Positions 37,381-48,699 are shown, numbered from the whole stretch's first letter. The stretch is 62,906 bases of DNA, filler included, from Perkinsus chesapeaki ATCC PRA-425 (GCA_013115145.1; 3 parts of 3 records of this genome joined end to end with filler, not necessarily neighbours in it), one strand, 5' to 3'. Numbers and translations are program-made. Notes: a model not told the origin generated them from the sequence alone.

Positions 37381-38654
37381 ATGCCCTCTATCGGCCATTC
37401 AGGCTTACAGAACTTGGATCCACAGCGGCAGCTGGAAGCCATCTGGCATGCTATGTCTGCTTACATTCAGGAGGTAAAGCTCTTCCTATTCCATATTAAT
37501 GCTCATCTTCTATAATTTAGATTCTCGAGGCCGGCAGGGGCGTCAGAATAGACCACTTTGGTGCCTTCACCTTCGAGCCAATTGTTGCACCGTACGACCC
37601 ACTATGGAGCTCCTCCAGTACTAGTGTGACCGCAGATACGGCAACCCGAAGAACTTCCGGTCATCAGCTCTCCGGTTAAGGCCATGTTTCGTCCCCGATG
37701 AGAAGTTCAAGACCACACTGCGCCGGTAGGCTTCACTACAAAGGTATCAATGACGGTGCTTGCTAGATACGCCGGCAAAGAGGAGACTCCAACTCGCCAG
37801 GGATCTATCTACCAGCAAGGCATCAATGTAATGTACCTCAATAAGGTTCCAATTGCCGCTGGTAAGCTTCAAAGTTGATATAGTGAGTACCTCTGCTATG
37901 CAGGCTTGTTCTTAAAGACGCCAGTGGTTGCCGACGGTGTGAAGGCTTTATTCAAAGCAGTTCAGGATTTGAGCTCAAGAGACTACAACCTCGATTTGGA
38001 TTTCAAATTTTGTCGAATCCAAGTGCTGGATGGCGACCTCAAGGTGATGGTCACCTATTGGCAGTGATGAGATTCATCGTTCGTTTGGTCAGGCCAAGTT
38101 CAGCCCAGGTTTGGTCCTGGAAGCCCAGAAGGGTGCTCAGAACTGGCCTACCCGAGAAGCCTCTTCGAATCCTTTGCCCACCCTTGCCCAGGCCATGAGC
38201 ACCGTGCCTTGCGAAGAACCAGGTGAGACCTCCGTTGCCGCTCCTTAATAGCGGCAGCGATCTTGGTGAACAGATGCTGAACGAGCGAAACTTCCGCATC
38301 GCATTTCGGAGACATGGAAGAATCCGAATGTCTCAAAGGCAATGAGTGAGCTCATCAAGGTAGGCTGCGAAACACTGTGTCCTTTGCTGAGCGTTTGTGT
38401 AGAAGCCCGACTCTCCGAGGACCGCAGCCATTCGGCAGCGTACGGTCCAGCTTGGTATTATGAGCCTTGACCTCAATAGTTGTCAACCGAAGAAGCAGTC
38501 TAAGGCAGCTGCCAAGTGCGAAAACAATGATAGTTGCAATAAAGCTGAGGTGAGATGCCGGATTCGATCTTGATAGTGGTGATGTATTCGTCTTTAGGCC
38601 GGTGGAAATAAGGCTGATGATGAAGTCGTGGAGGCCACCAATATCGGCGCCTAA
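37381..38654 (+). CDS. CCDC81: CCDC81-like protein with N-terminal HU-like domains
   Basis: Spliced: EAIWHAMSAYIQE|ILEAGRGVRIDHFGAFTFE...RPCFVPDEKF...LNKVPIAAG|LFLKTPVVADGVKALFKAV...NLDLDFKFCRIQV, matching the recalled CCDC81 HU-domain pattern. Confidence 0.65.
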
Positions 38655-39311
38655 TAGCTAATTCACTTGGAAGTTAGACTGCATAATGCATCGCTGCTGT
38701 GCGCAAAGTTGTTATTGTGCAAATAAGCATGTGTGGTGTTGATCATTAATAATGCTGGTTACACCAGCTATAGGCTACGCGACAAAATCCTCCTTAGCGC
38801 AAACAAGGAAGGACTTCCCATGGGGCATGTGGGTACAAGGTGTCACCTATAAACCGAAAGGGGGTAGGAGAAGCGCCATACCACGCACAAGAGGTTTGTA
38901 CGCTCGTAGCGGCGCAGCATTGGTAGAAGAGGTTAATTGTTATGCATCATTAATAGGGTCTCATGAATGAGCGACACGAGGCGAAAGGTGCAAACTAGAG
39001 CACAACAGGAAAAGGATGATTCACTAGAAACAAAAAGGATGTCAAATTCAAGTTGTCTTATATTCTGATAGACCAATTACTGTAGCTGCTCCTGCTGGCA
39101 CTACCTACGGCTTGTGTCTCACTGAAAGGAGGACAGTGGAAGCAGCAGTGACCACAGTACGATTGACTAGTACAACTTAATTCCTATAACGAGGGAAAGA
39201 CAGCTTCAATTTTAACAATAGGAGAAATAAATGCAACAACTCATTAATAACGTCTACCCGATCGAGGGGCTACTTTTCTGACGGGAAAGCACGTTCCCAT
39301 GTCAAGGGAAG

Positions 39312-42300
39312 TTATCCGGGTCTTGAGATGGAGGTACACATGCTCAGCCGCCCAGGACATACCTGAGGAAAACAGTAAGGCGGCTTGGGGGCTCCCTTAC
39401 CCTCACGACTCTCAACAGGTAAATCCCTTCCGGGACCGACCATGCAGGTCTCGCAGACACAGTCTTTGGTGATGAATCTGGATAATAGCAATACTGGGCC
39501 GCGGAGGTAACAGACGGACTTAGGTGGGAAAGCTCCATATATCTTGATACATTGTTGGGTGACAAAGTGGAACCGATCATGTCCGCCGATCTTCCTGGAG
39601 CTTGACTCGTGTTCACGATACCCACTGGAGCCCTGAGACATATAATAAGGACCCAGCAGGTCATGTGGCATTCCCTACCCAAGGTTCAAGGGGAGTATAA
39701 GGCTCCGCGTAACGGTCCCTTCTCCTCTCCCTACTGTCAGAACTGCGCACCTCCATATCATAGCCAGTATCATAGTCCCTAGAGGGGTAGGAGCCTTCAT
39801 GTCGATAGGTCTCATAGTAGGCATGAGTGGGGGAAGGCCTTTCGTTGTAGACCTCCGGTGCCAAACGATGATTGCTGCTGCTGCGATAATCTGGACTCTG
39901 ATACGAGGAGGCTCCTCCTCTTCTATAGTCATCATGAGGGGCGTCGTTACGGAAGGATCGGGATGCATACCCTGGATTGAAGGTGACCTGAGATGCAGGT
40001 TGAAACAGAGAAAAGATACGCGAGCCCAGCTCACCCCATGCTCATAGCTTTCACGTGACATGGCGTATCTTGGATCGACGGACGAATCGGCTGGACTGGT
40101 GACCTCGATAGGGGGCGGAGGTGGTGGTGGAGGCGGAGGAGGCGGCGGATGATCCAGGGATGTCTGAGATCACAGTGAAGAAAATTAACAGTGCGCAACG
40201 AGGGTATCTTTCGCGGCGAGCGAGATATCATTTTTCTCATTGCTGCAGCTGGAACTGCTGTGCGCAACTTTCACATTCCTACTCCTCGGCCCTCAAAGTC
40301 CATTACAGCGCTCTCCAAAGCTGCTGTCCTGCGTGGCGACCGAGATGGGCGTCTTGGCCGCGGTGGCATGGCTGGCCTCAGAGGCCTTAACGGTTTCTTA
40401 ACTGACATGAGCGTGAGTGTTGGTGATGATGCCGAGGGCCATGGCGGCTACCAGTTAACTTTGATACGGGAGAGTCAGGCGGCGGGCAGGAGGGGAGTAC
40501 AGGCGGTTGAGATGGAGGTGGGGGTATGTCCTCATCCTCGTACTCCATGTATGCCTCGGCTTTCTTATGCCTCTTGCCTGGAAAGTGGAGTAAGGTTGTG
40601 GAAATATCGGCAGTGTTGTTGTTGTTACCAATGAGATGGTTATTGACATGCCACGGGGTGCCTAGCACTGCATCACACCAAGCACATTCCCACCCGTATT
40701 CGCTATCCTCGATGCAACTTGGCCAATTCGGATCTAAAACTCATACCGCTCCTCTGTAAAGTTAGCATAGAGTATACCCCTCTCATATTCGCCGCTGTTG
40801 TCATCCTCGTTAACGAAAGTTCTGGTAGTAGTAGCAGCAGCGCTGCGTAGCCTGCCTACCACAACACCTTCATCATCTATGATAGGTGTAGCGTTCCAAG
40901 ACCAACCAATACGCCGGTCGGGCGACTTCTCAGCCAGCATTGCGTCCCTAATCACACATCTTGCCGCGCAGCCAAGGCCCAGCAGCATGCAGCCTACTGA
41001 CCTGTGCTCAACACTGTCGACATGTCTATGAAGTGGAGTTACGCCCTCCATGCGAGCATCACAGGCCGCACAGTAGACCCATAGGGGAGAATCTTGGTAC
41101 CGAATGGTGACCATGCAATTCTCGCTCATTATCTGAAAACACCATGTCCACCAGGATGCCATATGGCTTACTTCTGCATTGCGCTCGCCGACCAAGGTTG
41201 CAGAGTCCTCGTCAAAATCTCGGAAGGCCTCGATCCCTAGAGCCAGGCACTCGGAGTTATGCTGATCACCTGACCTATGGATACGCCACCGTGCACGCAC
41301 CGAACTACCTACTGTTGAGGTGCATATGCATTAGATCCGAGCTGGGTAGGACAGCCCCAGGGTGGCTGCCACAGCACACCGTACACACCAAGCCGTGTGG
41401 TACGGCCTAGAAGATGGGCAGTATCGAGCGTCGTGTATAGGCATTCCCTACGTTGACGTATTCGGGCATATCATATGATAAGCCCGCCGCCATATCGGCC
41501 TTGCTCGTCCTGTCCGCTGGCGTCCTCGGAGAAGGCTTCGACCAGGTGTCCTGAGCACGAAGACCTGAATGTGCGACAAGGCAATAGGGGCGCACCCCAC
41601 GGAAGGCCTCAATGCGCCTCTGGTGGTGGCCTGAATTTATGTGTAGCTTGGCTGATCCGAAGTCGTAGAACTTCTTTGAGCACAGCAGACAGTATACCCA
41701 GTCCTGAGGCAGCAGCAGACACTACCGGCAGTGGGGCTCCAAGAGCTTACCTTCCCAACACCAGGGACGTTCGTGTCATCCGTGACGACCTAACAACACC
41801 GATCTGGCCTGAAGTTATTCGAACAACCTACCATTTCATTAGCCTTCATTAGTTCATACCACTGGCTGCCCTTCTTAATACCCCAATGGTCCAGGAGCGA
41901 CGGAGACATGTGACAAGTGTCAAAGGTAAGACAACACTCCTCATCCTGGACAGGGGAAGTCATCTTGTTTGTCGGAGATGTCTCTGGTTGACGGGAGCTT
42001 GACAGCCTCGGAGGGGCAGTAGGCCTTGGTGGCGGAGGGGGAGGAAGTGGGACTTTCTTACCTGACCGCAGCCGACATTACGCCAGACACCGCAGCAATG
42101 GTAGACTTACCAGCCACGTCGTTATTCTCTTTGGTATTCTCATCAATGCCATCCCTTCTGAACATACCACCATCTGAATTACTATCGACCAGCGGCACTG
42201 CTGTAGAGGATGCGCCATCTGTGTGGTCAAGCCCCTCCGAAGGGTAGTCGGCCCAGCTGTTCCTTCTCTCGGGCTTCATCCTATTAGGGCGGCCGGGTGG

Positions 42301-42330
42301 CAGGGGAGGGCCTTTGTTAGGGACCGACAT
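39312..42330 (-). CDS. Multi-exon protein with three matrin/U1-type C2H2 zinc fingers, poly-Pro and Arg/Asp/Ser-rich tail; ends approximate
   Basis: Fingers WVYCLLCSKKFYDFGSAKLHINSGHH, LVCTVCCGSHPG...MHLNSSDQH and WVYCAACDARMEGVTPLHRHVDSVEH; PPPPPPPPP; RERRRDR. Confidence 0.6.
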
Positions 42331-42426
42331 CTCAAATAAAAAATATCCCTGATAGCTCTCCTTGACCGCCGCTCCACACGAACGCAAAACACTCGAGCGG
42401 CAACACTCCAGCGTAGTAGGCATGAA

Positions 42427-43591
42427 CTATTCCATCATTTCGACCAGCTCCCCAAGCTCCTCAATCACTTCGACCAGCTCCGAGCCCCTATACCGTGCCC
42501 AGGCCCACCACTCCTCGCAGTACCGCCTGATGCCAGTGTAGATGTTACTCATTGGAGAAGGAGGCTCTGGCTCAGCAACAGCTGTCCCCTGCTCTCGCTT
42601 GGGCAGGTCTTCCGCGGCGGATTTCCACCATGGCCAGGAGCATGACCGCTTGGTCGAGCTACCGTCAGCACTGCTGCATCGCGTAAGATAGTCTATCACA
42701 CTGCTCTGAATAGCGGAGGGGTTACTCAACGGTTGAACGGCAGGATAGTTACGCTAATGGTGGCCGAGGACGATGTCTGGGCGGTGGCATCGGCGGCAGG
42801 CATCACAGAGGCATGCTTCACCGAGAGAGAGGGCCCGAGGAGGATATCGTTACTGAGGGTCTGCGGTGGCATTACTGACACTCCGACCTATGCGACCCTA
42901 GGGTGCCTTATCATGAGATAGCATCACCTGATGCTCACCCAATTGCCGTGCCACTTGGGCGGCTGGGGAATCATAGACTCCAGGGGAGTTACCACCACCG
43001 GGGATAACAAATACATCCCTCTCTGGTCGATGATAATAATGCTTGCCGTGTCTAAAGGGCAAGTGACTGGTAGCGGTAGCATAGGAGCCTTACCGCCGAG
43101 TAACTCTCCCTCGGAAGGATGATGAGGCCACACTATCTGGGCCATGACCAACACCACTAGGGCAAGGTCCTAGAACAGAAAAACGACCGGCTGCGGCTGC
43201 TGGAGGGGCATATTACCTTCATCAGGGCCTACCTTGGCAACGTGATGGCTCATGGGGGCCTGTAAAAAATCACAGCATGCGTATTGAAGCGACTCATTAC
43301 GCAAAATCAGCAACGTGAGTAAGAAACGTTGAATTAAGATCAGCAGCAGCACTCACGACGGGGCACGTTGGTCTTCTAGGCCAGGGCTACTCGACTGCCC
43401 GGCAAGCCACGGCCATTGCTTGGGCCAGATACGCTATCTAATGGTGATGAAGGGAGGTGATGATGATGGTAAGGATCATCAGTGTCGTTATCATCCTGGC
43501 CCTGACCTTTTCTTCGGTAGGCCGCAAACTGGGCCATGTACTTCTTGAGGACGCTGGTGGGGGCCGACGGGCTTTGGTGAGCGACTGACAC
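42427..43591 (-). CDS. Hypothetical multi-exon protein
   Basis: Consecutive minus-strand ORF segments separated by short GT-AG intervals; no recognised domain. Confidence 0.3.
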
Positions 43592-43600
43592 AAAACAGCT

Positions 43601-46414
43601 CTATGAAACTATAGCAGATCCCTCTGCTGCGTTACATGCTTCTTTTAGCGCTTCCCATCCATCCTGGCAGCCGTCCTCATCAATGCTCAGCTGCGCTGTG
43701 GCCAAGGCCGCTCTGATATCGGCTCCTGTGAATCCAACCTCACCAGAGAGCAACGCTACGAGCTCGCCTGACCAACCAGATGGGGCTGTGGCTAACACTG
43801 ACTCAAGGTCCTCGAAGCCATGGACAGCATGCTCGAGGACATCCATCAGATCTGCCTTTCCGGAAGGTAGGTCGCAGAGCAGACTGATATCAAGTCGACC
43901 GGGCCTGGAGAGTGCAGGGTCCACCATATCGGGCCGACTAGTAGCTGCCACTACAAACACAGGGCTATCAGATACCTCAACACCGTCTAGGTAGGTGAGC
44001 ATTTGATTAACGACACGGTCAGTTACTCCAGTAGAGTCAGCCCCTCTTACAGGGCACAAGGCATCGACCTCATCGAAGAAGAGGACGCAGGGTGCTCTAG
44101 ACCGTGCCTTGGCGAATGTCTCCCTTACTCTGGCCTCACTACCACCGATGTACTTAGACAGGAGCTCTGGCCCTCTTACGGCAACTACTGGGAGGCCACA
44201 CTCCTTCGCAACCGCCATCGCCAGGGCTGTCTTGCCGCAACCTGGAGGTCCGACAAGCATTGCTCCTTTTGGGACAAGGACACCTCCGCACAGTGAAGGA
44301 TACTTCAACGGCAGCTGGATAGCATCCATAAGCTTATCAGTGGCCTGCCGAATGCTCCTCCCTCCTAGATGGCTCAGCTGGTACTCGGCCGTGGTGGTCC
44401 TGTCTTGGTCCTCGTTACGGCGGCGCTCTCGGAGATCCACACCAGTCCTGGCCAGAACCGATACCTCTCTGAGAGTGTAGCCCTCTCCTTTGTCTGAGCC
44501 CAGTATGGCCAGACGGTCCTTCACACTGAGAGTCGCCGGGAGATTGATGCAGCTACAACTAAGGCCTTCCAAGCCGGTGGCCGACTCCGCGGTGCTCAAG
44601 ATAACCATGGACCGAGTGGGGCGCAAATGGAGCTCTAGTGCATCCCGGAAGATGCTCGCGAGGACCTTACTCCGGTTCTGTGGGACAGAAGTAGCGCCGC
44701 TGCCCTGCTGAGGCCGAAGACCTAGTAATACGTCAACACCGTCAAGTAGGAGGACACTGGGCGGGTCGTAGGTGGAGGCGAATTTAAGGGCACCAAAGAG
44801 AGCCTTCTTAACCACGGTGAACTTGAACCTTTCAGCAGAGGCCAGCTGAGCACAGTCAACATCAACAACAGTGTAGCCTAGGTCTCTCACAGCATAATGT
44901 GCTACTGTGCTCTTACCACATCCAGAGGGGCCAGTCACCATTATACTGGGCACCGGCAAGGAGGCGGGAATTCGACCGGAGACGGCAGCCGAGATAAAAG
45001 AGGATACCTCGTTTGATACCTTCTCCAAGGACAGTGGTGGCCTCTCGAATGCCCGGCATGCCCGATAGGTCTTCACCACACTTAAGGCTTCGACAGGTAC
45101 GAACGACCGTATAGGATTGCGAGGCTCCACGGCAACGGCAACAGCGCTGTCGACTTTGGCGTTGAGACCGACACTCCCCCCGGCACCATTAGAGAGCATT
45201 TGTGGCATAACCAAGCATAAGTCGGATGCGGCCTGGTCGGGAAAGGTAACCTTCACGTCGACCCAATCCGACTGGTGACATGTCTCCGCCGCACCCTCCT
45301 CCTCATCTGGGTACTCTAGTTCCGGTAACGTGCCTTCGCCATCCAACAGCATGGGGCTGGCAGCAGCTTGAACAGCTGGGCCGTGGTGGTCAAGGCTTTT
45401 ACCGTTTATAAGGGTCTCTGTCCCAGGCGGACGTCTGAGCCTAATCCAACCGCCATTCTGAAGGACTAGGCACTTGAGCCTCCGTAGAGTGTCCGTAAAT
45501 ACACTACGGATATCACCGGGATAGGTAGCGGTGACCAAGGTGATCTCGGATGGCAGGACAGGCTCCTTGGTGTAGGCCTTCACCAACACTGGGGCTGCCT
45601 CCTGTACAACATCCGGGTAATGGGCCGCCAACAGTGGATGCAGGAGAGCGTATCCAGGGTCGACGAGATCGTTATTGACCACACAAGGCGCTATTATGGC
45701 GTCGCCGAGCTGGACAACTCCGGTGGTTACCCCAGCGCTCCGGTGAAGAACGCAGGTGACCGCGAATTTGTCGTACAAATCCATCGGAAAAACATCGCCA
45801 TCGCAGACTATTCGGCAGAGGCGCTTGACCTCAGCGCTGGAGTCCGGCACCAGCAGCTTCCTGGGCCGAGCCTCGATCGCCAGCTCATCCGAGTCGGACA
45901 GTAACCGGAAGGGCACGCTATTCTGCTGACCGTCAGACGCGTCCCAAACAGCCTCCATGAAGATGGGCTTCCCGCCGCCCTCCGGCCATAAGGGGAACTT
46001 GAGCCCAGGATAGAGTACTGCTATCTGGGAAAGCAACGCTGATTCCAGATACTGAGCTTGTAGCTCTACTACTTCCCAGTCATCGCTGCTACATGGCCGG
46101 ATAACTATTGGTTCGGTATTCTTAGCAACTTTATCCACCCCCGAGAGCTCAAGCAGTTGCCCCTCCACCCATCCCAGCGCCGATGCAAAGGGCTTAGATA
46201 CCTCCACAGTACCTTTATTAGTTGCCGAGTGTCCGGCCCAGCCAACATACTGATCGCTGCCGGCCGTAGACGGTTTCACTTTGACTACACGGCAGAAGTG
46301 ACCGGTGCTGGCAAGGCCGTGGAAGAGGGAATGACTGTCATCTGGATGTAGCGATATGAAGTCGCCAGTAGTGACGGTCTTTATGGATACTTTGAGTTTA
46401 ACCAGGGATGACAT
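43601..46414 (-). CDS. PEX1: Peroxisome biogenesis AAA ATPase PEX1, single exon, 937 aa
   Basis: PEX1-N motif IRPCSSDDWEVVELQAQYLESALLSQI; D1 Walker A GPSGCGKS; D2 GPPGCGKT, VRGPELLSKYIGGSE, FFDEVD, DRVVNQMLTYLDGVE, DPALSRPGRLD. Confidence 0.92.
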   Translation of the reverse strand: MSSLVKLKVSIKTVTTGDFISLHPDDSHSLFHGLASTGHFCRVVKVKPSTAGSDQYVGWAGHSATNKGTVEVSKPFASALGWVEGQLLELSGVDKVAKNTEPIVIRPCSSDDWEVVELQAQYLESALLSQIAVLYPGLKFPLWPEGGGKPIFMEAVWDASDGQQNSVPFRLLSDSDELAIEARPRKLLVPDSSAEVKRLCRIVCDGDVFPMDLYDKFAVTCVLHRSAGVTTGVVQLGDAIIAPCVVNNDLVDPGYALLHPLLAAHYPDVVQEAAPVLVKAYTKEPVLPSEITLVTATYPGDIRSVFTDTLRRLKCLVLQNGGWIRLRRPPGTETLINGKSLDHHGPAVQAAASPMLLDGEGTLPELEYPDEEEGAAETCHQSDWVDVKVTFPDQAASDLCLVMPQMLSNGAGGSVGLNAKVDSAVAVAVEPRNPIRSFVPVEALSVVKTYRACRAFERPPLSLEKVSNEVSSFISAAVSGRIPASLPVPSIMVTGPSGCGKSTVAHYAVRDLGYTVVDVDCAQLASAERFKFTVVKKALFGALKFASTYDPPSVLLLDGVDVLLGLRPQQGSGATSVPQNRSKVLASIFRDALELHLRPTRSMVILSTAESATGLEGLSCSCINLPATLSVKDRLAILGSDKGEGYTLREVSVLARTGVDLRERRRNEDQDRTTTAEYQLSHLGGRSIRQATDKLMDAIQLPLKYPSLCGGVLVPKGAMLVGPPGCGKTALAMAVAKECGLPVVAVRGPELLSKYIGGSEARVRETFAKARSRAPCVLFFDEVDALCPVRGADSTGVTDRVVNQMLTYLDGVEVSDSPVFVVAATSRPDMVDPALSRPGRLDISLLCDLPSGKADLMDVLEHAVHGFEDLESVLATAPSGWSGELVALLSGEVGFTGADIRAALATAQLSIDEDGCQDGWEALKEACNAAEGSAIVS

Positions 46415-47034
46415 ATAACAAAAAATGAACCTGAGGGAAAGTGATGCAGACAGCAGGGAGGAGCCTCGAATGTTGACAGGATAACGGAGAGCCGTTTAGG
46501 AATCAAATCAGATGCTCTACGGGCTGACACGCCCTCTGAAATTTCACGGATATGCAATCAGGTTAAGAAGGCCTTTATTTCCATGCTTGAGCCGCCGTCG
46601 CGCCGATATTTGCGGCGCGCGTGCCAATCTGCACGCATGCACATGCCTTCACCCTGACTTACAAAATATCTTTCCTTTGTAGTGAAAGTCACTGCGTTCA
46701 CGGCGCAGATTAATGGCAGAGGTCTAGGCTTCGCTAGATTCCGGGTTCAGTCGGGTGTCTCGTTTAATGCTCCGATCAGGCTCAGGGAACCGTTTGGGCG
46801 TCAAATGGTAGCAGTTTCGAAGAGGTGGAGTTCGTTGGATAAGATTCCAAAAAGGTTACTAAATAGACCTTCCCCATTAAGATGCGTTGAGTGGCGCAGT
46901 TAAAGCGCAATGTAATGAACACAATTGTCCCATTATTGCCATCTTTCTGTGTTCTGGCTAGCAACTCCTCCTCCATTGTTCCTCTTCAACTTCATCTTGT
47001 AGTGTTATTTGATTTAAAGCAGTTAAAGCAAACA
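46415..47034. promoter_or_regulatory. Putative bidirectional promoter region between PEX1 and the GPx-Grx gene
   Basis: Head-to-head ATGs 620 bp apart; positional inference only. Confidence 0.35.
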
Positions 47035-48426
47035 ATGGGAGGAGTGCAGAGCGCGATCGGCTTTGGTGCCACCAAGCCACGCGTCACTGTCGACAGCTTC
47101 TACAAGCTATCAGCCCCGCTGATCAACGGCGAGGTTCTTAACTTCGAGAAGCTTCGTGGTAAGTCGTCGGTGGTCTCAGTATCGATATCCATTTATCTTT
47201 TCAGGTGATGTTGTCCTTGTGGCCAATGTCGCATCCAAATGAGGCTTAACTCAGGCCCAATACAAGCTCTTCGGGGAGCTGGGCCAGAAATTCGGGGACA
47301 GGGGTTTCAAAATCGTCGGTTTCCCCAGCCGGTAAGAAGAGCATCTTGTGAAGGCTCAACAACACTGTTATTTCAGACAATTCCTCAACCAGGAGATGAA
47401 GACTAACAAGGAGATCGATGACTTTGTCACAGATATCCTTAAGCCTTATCCAGATGTTAAGGATAAGGTCTTCCTTTTAGCGGAGCCTTGTGATGTTAAT
47501 GGTGATAATGCTTCACCAGTCTTTGAGTAAGTCACCTGCCCATCTATGGCTCTCGTTGGTATTATTTCTTTCCTCTCTGATATGTTTAACGAAATTATGT
47601 AATACAGCAGTCTATGCCAGTCGTTACATTCAGTGTACTCCTCGGTATTTACCCATACACAATCTTAATGCCGTCACATTACATTTTATAGCAGTCATTA
47701 TTGAACTCTTCGACTGCTTTTGCCCTCAACATTTCCTATCGTTTTGTGTACAGGTTCCTTAAGTATCACTCTGGACTGTATGACCCTAAGTCAGGCAAGT
47801 CCAAGCCTATTCCCTGGAACTTTGGCAAGTTCCTTGTCGATCAGAAGTAAGAAACTCAAGTCACCAAATGATAGTATATTGCATCTTTTCAGTGGTGAAG
47901 TAGTATGCTTCTGGAGCCCTAAGGAGTCGTCTATCGCTGATGATATCGAGGCGTGCTTAGATGGCAAACTTAAGGACAAGAAGATCGCTACTGAGGCTGA
48001 TGACGAAAAGAAGGCTTCTACTATGACACCTGAACAGGTAAGATATCTGACTGCCTAGTGGCAGCGAATGTTGTGCTTGCTAGGCTAAGAAGTTCGTTGA
48101 GGATAAAATAAATGGCCCAAGCACCGCCGTAGACTTCACACTATCTTATTGCCCACATTGCAAGGCATCGATTGCTAGTCTAAAGGATGTAAGTCACTCT
48201 ATTAACCTCTAAAGCATCTTACGGTTTCGTTTGTTAGCTCACCGACTCTTTGGATATCGTCGAGGTTGACACCATGGAGAACGGTGATGCTGTTAAAGAG
48301 GCTGTGAAGGCTATCACCGGCCAGAAGACCTTCCCTCAAGTATTTCTCAAAGGCAAATTCATCGGTGGCAACAGCGAGCTTCAAGGCTTGATTTCTGATG
48401 GAAAAGCCAAAGAAATGATTCAGTAA
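47035..48426 (+). CDS. Selenocysteine glutathione peroxidase-glutaredoxin fusion, 310 aa, Sec54
   Basis: Exons 47035-47158, 47205-47331, 47377-47526, 47754-47846, 47893-48037, 48084-48188, 48238-48426 sum to 933 nt in frame. Motifs VLVANVASK-U(TGA 47240-47242)-GLT, GFPSRQFLNQE, DVNG, IPWNFGKFLVD, then Grx SYCPHC, TGQKTFPQVF, FIGGNSEL. Confidence 0.93.
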
Positions 48427-48474
48427 ACTCTCAGTAGTCGCCGAGACCCGAGCGGCCTCTTTGAGGGCCAGTAA

Positions 48475-48543
48475 GGGACGAATGAAGGTTCCATGGCAAA
48501 CTATATAGTCCGTTGAGCCTGATATATAACCGTCACTGTCCCC
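48475..48543 (+). promoter_or_regulatory. Eukaryotic SECIS element (form 2-like) in the 3' UTR of the GPx-Grx gene
   Basis: ATGA at 48482, 12 nt to apical AAA (48498-48500), mini-stem CTATATAG, helix II GGTTC.ATGG/CCGT.GAGCC, 3' TGAT at 48520, basal helix GACG/CGTC or GGGAC/GTCCC. Confidence 0.88.
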
Positions 48544-48699
48544 GAAGATGGTTGTTCATTGCTGGCTTAATAAGAGTGCCCGCGAAGGTTGAGGGCTGCA
48601 CTTGAGGTTTTACAGGATTTGTCCTGTTAGCTCTGGGAGTTTCGTTAGTATCAATTCAATAGAAGGCCTTCACTGAAGGGCTTGTTGGTGGTGGAGTTA

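Noticed and set aside
46591-46600. GCCGCCGTCG shared by two divergent intergenic regions (also 56588-56597)
   Set aside because: About one shared 10-mer is expected by chance between two ~650-bp regions.
47240-47242. Interpretation of the GPx gene as a pseudogene because of an internal stop
   Set aside because: The stop is TGA at the exact catalytic position, all other exons are intact and in frame, and a SECIS is present.
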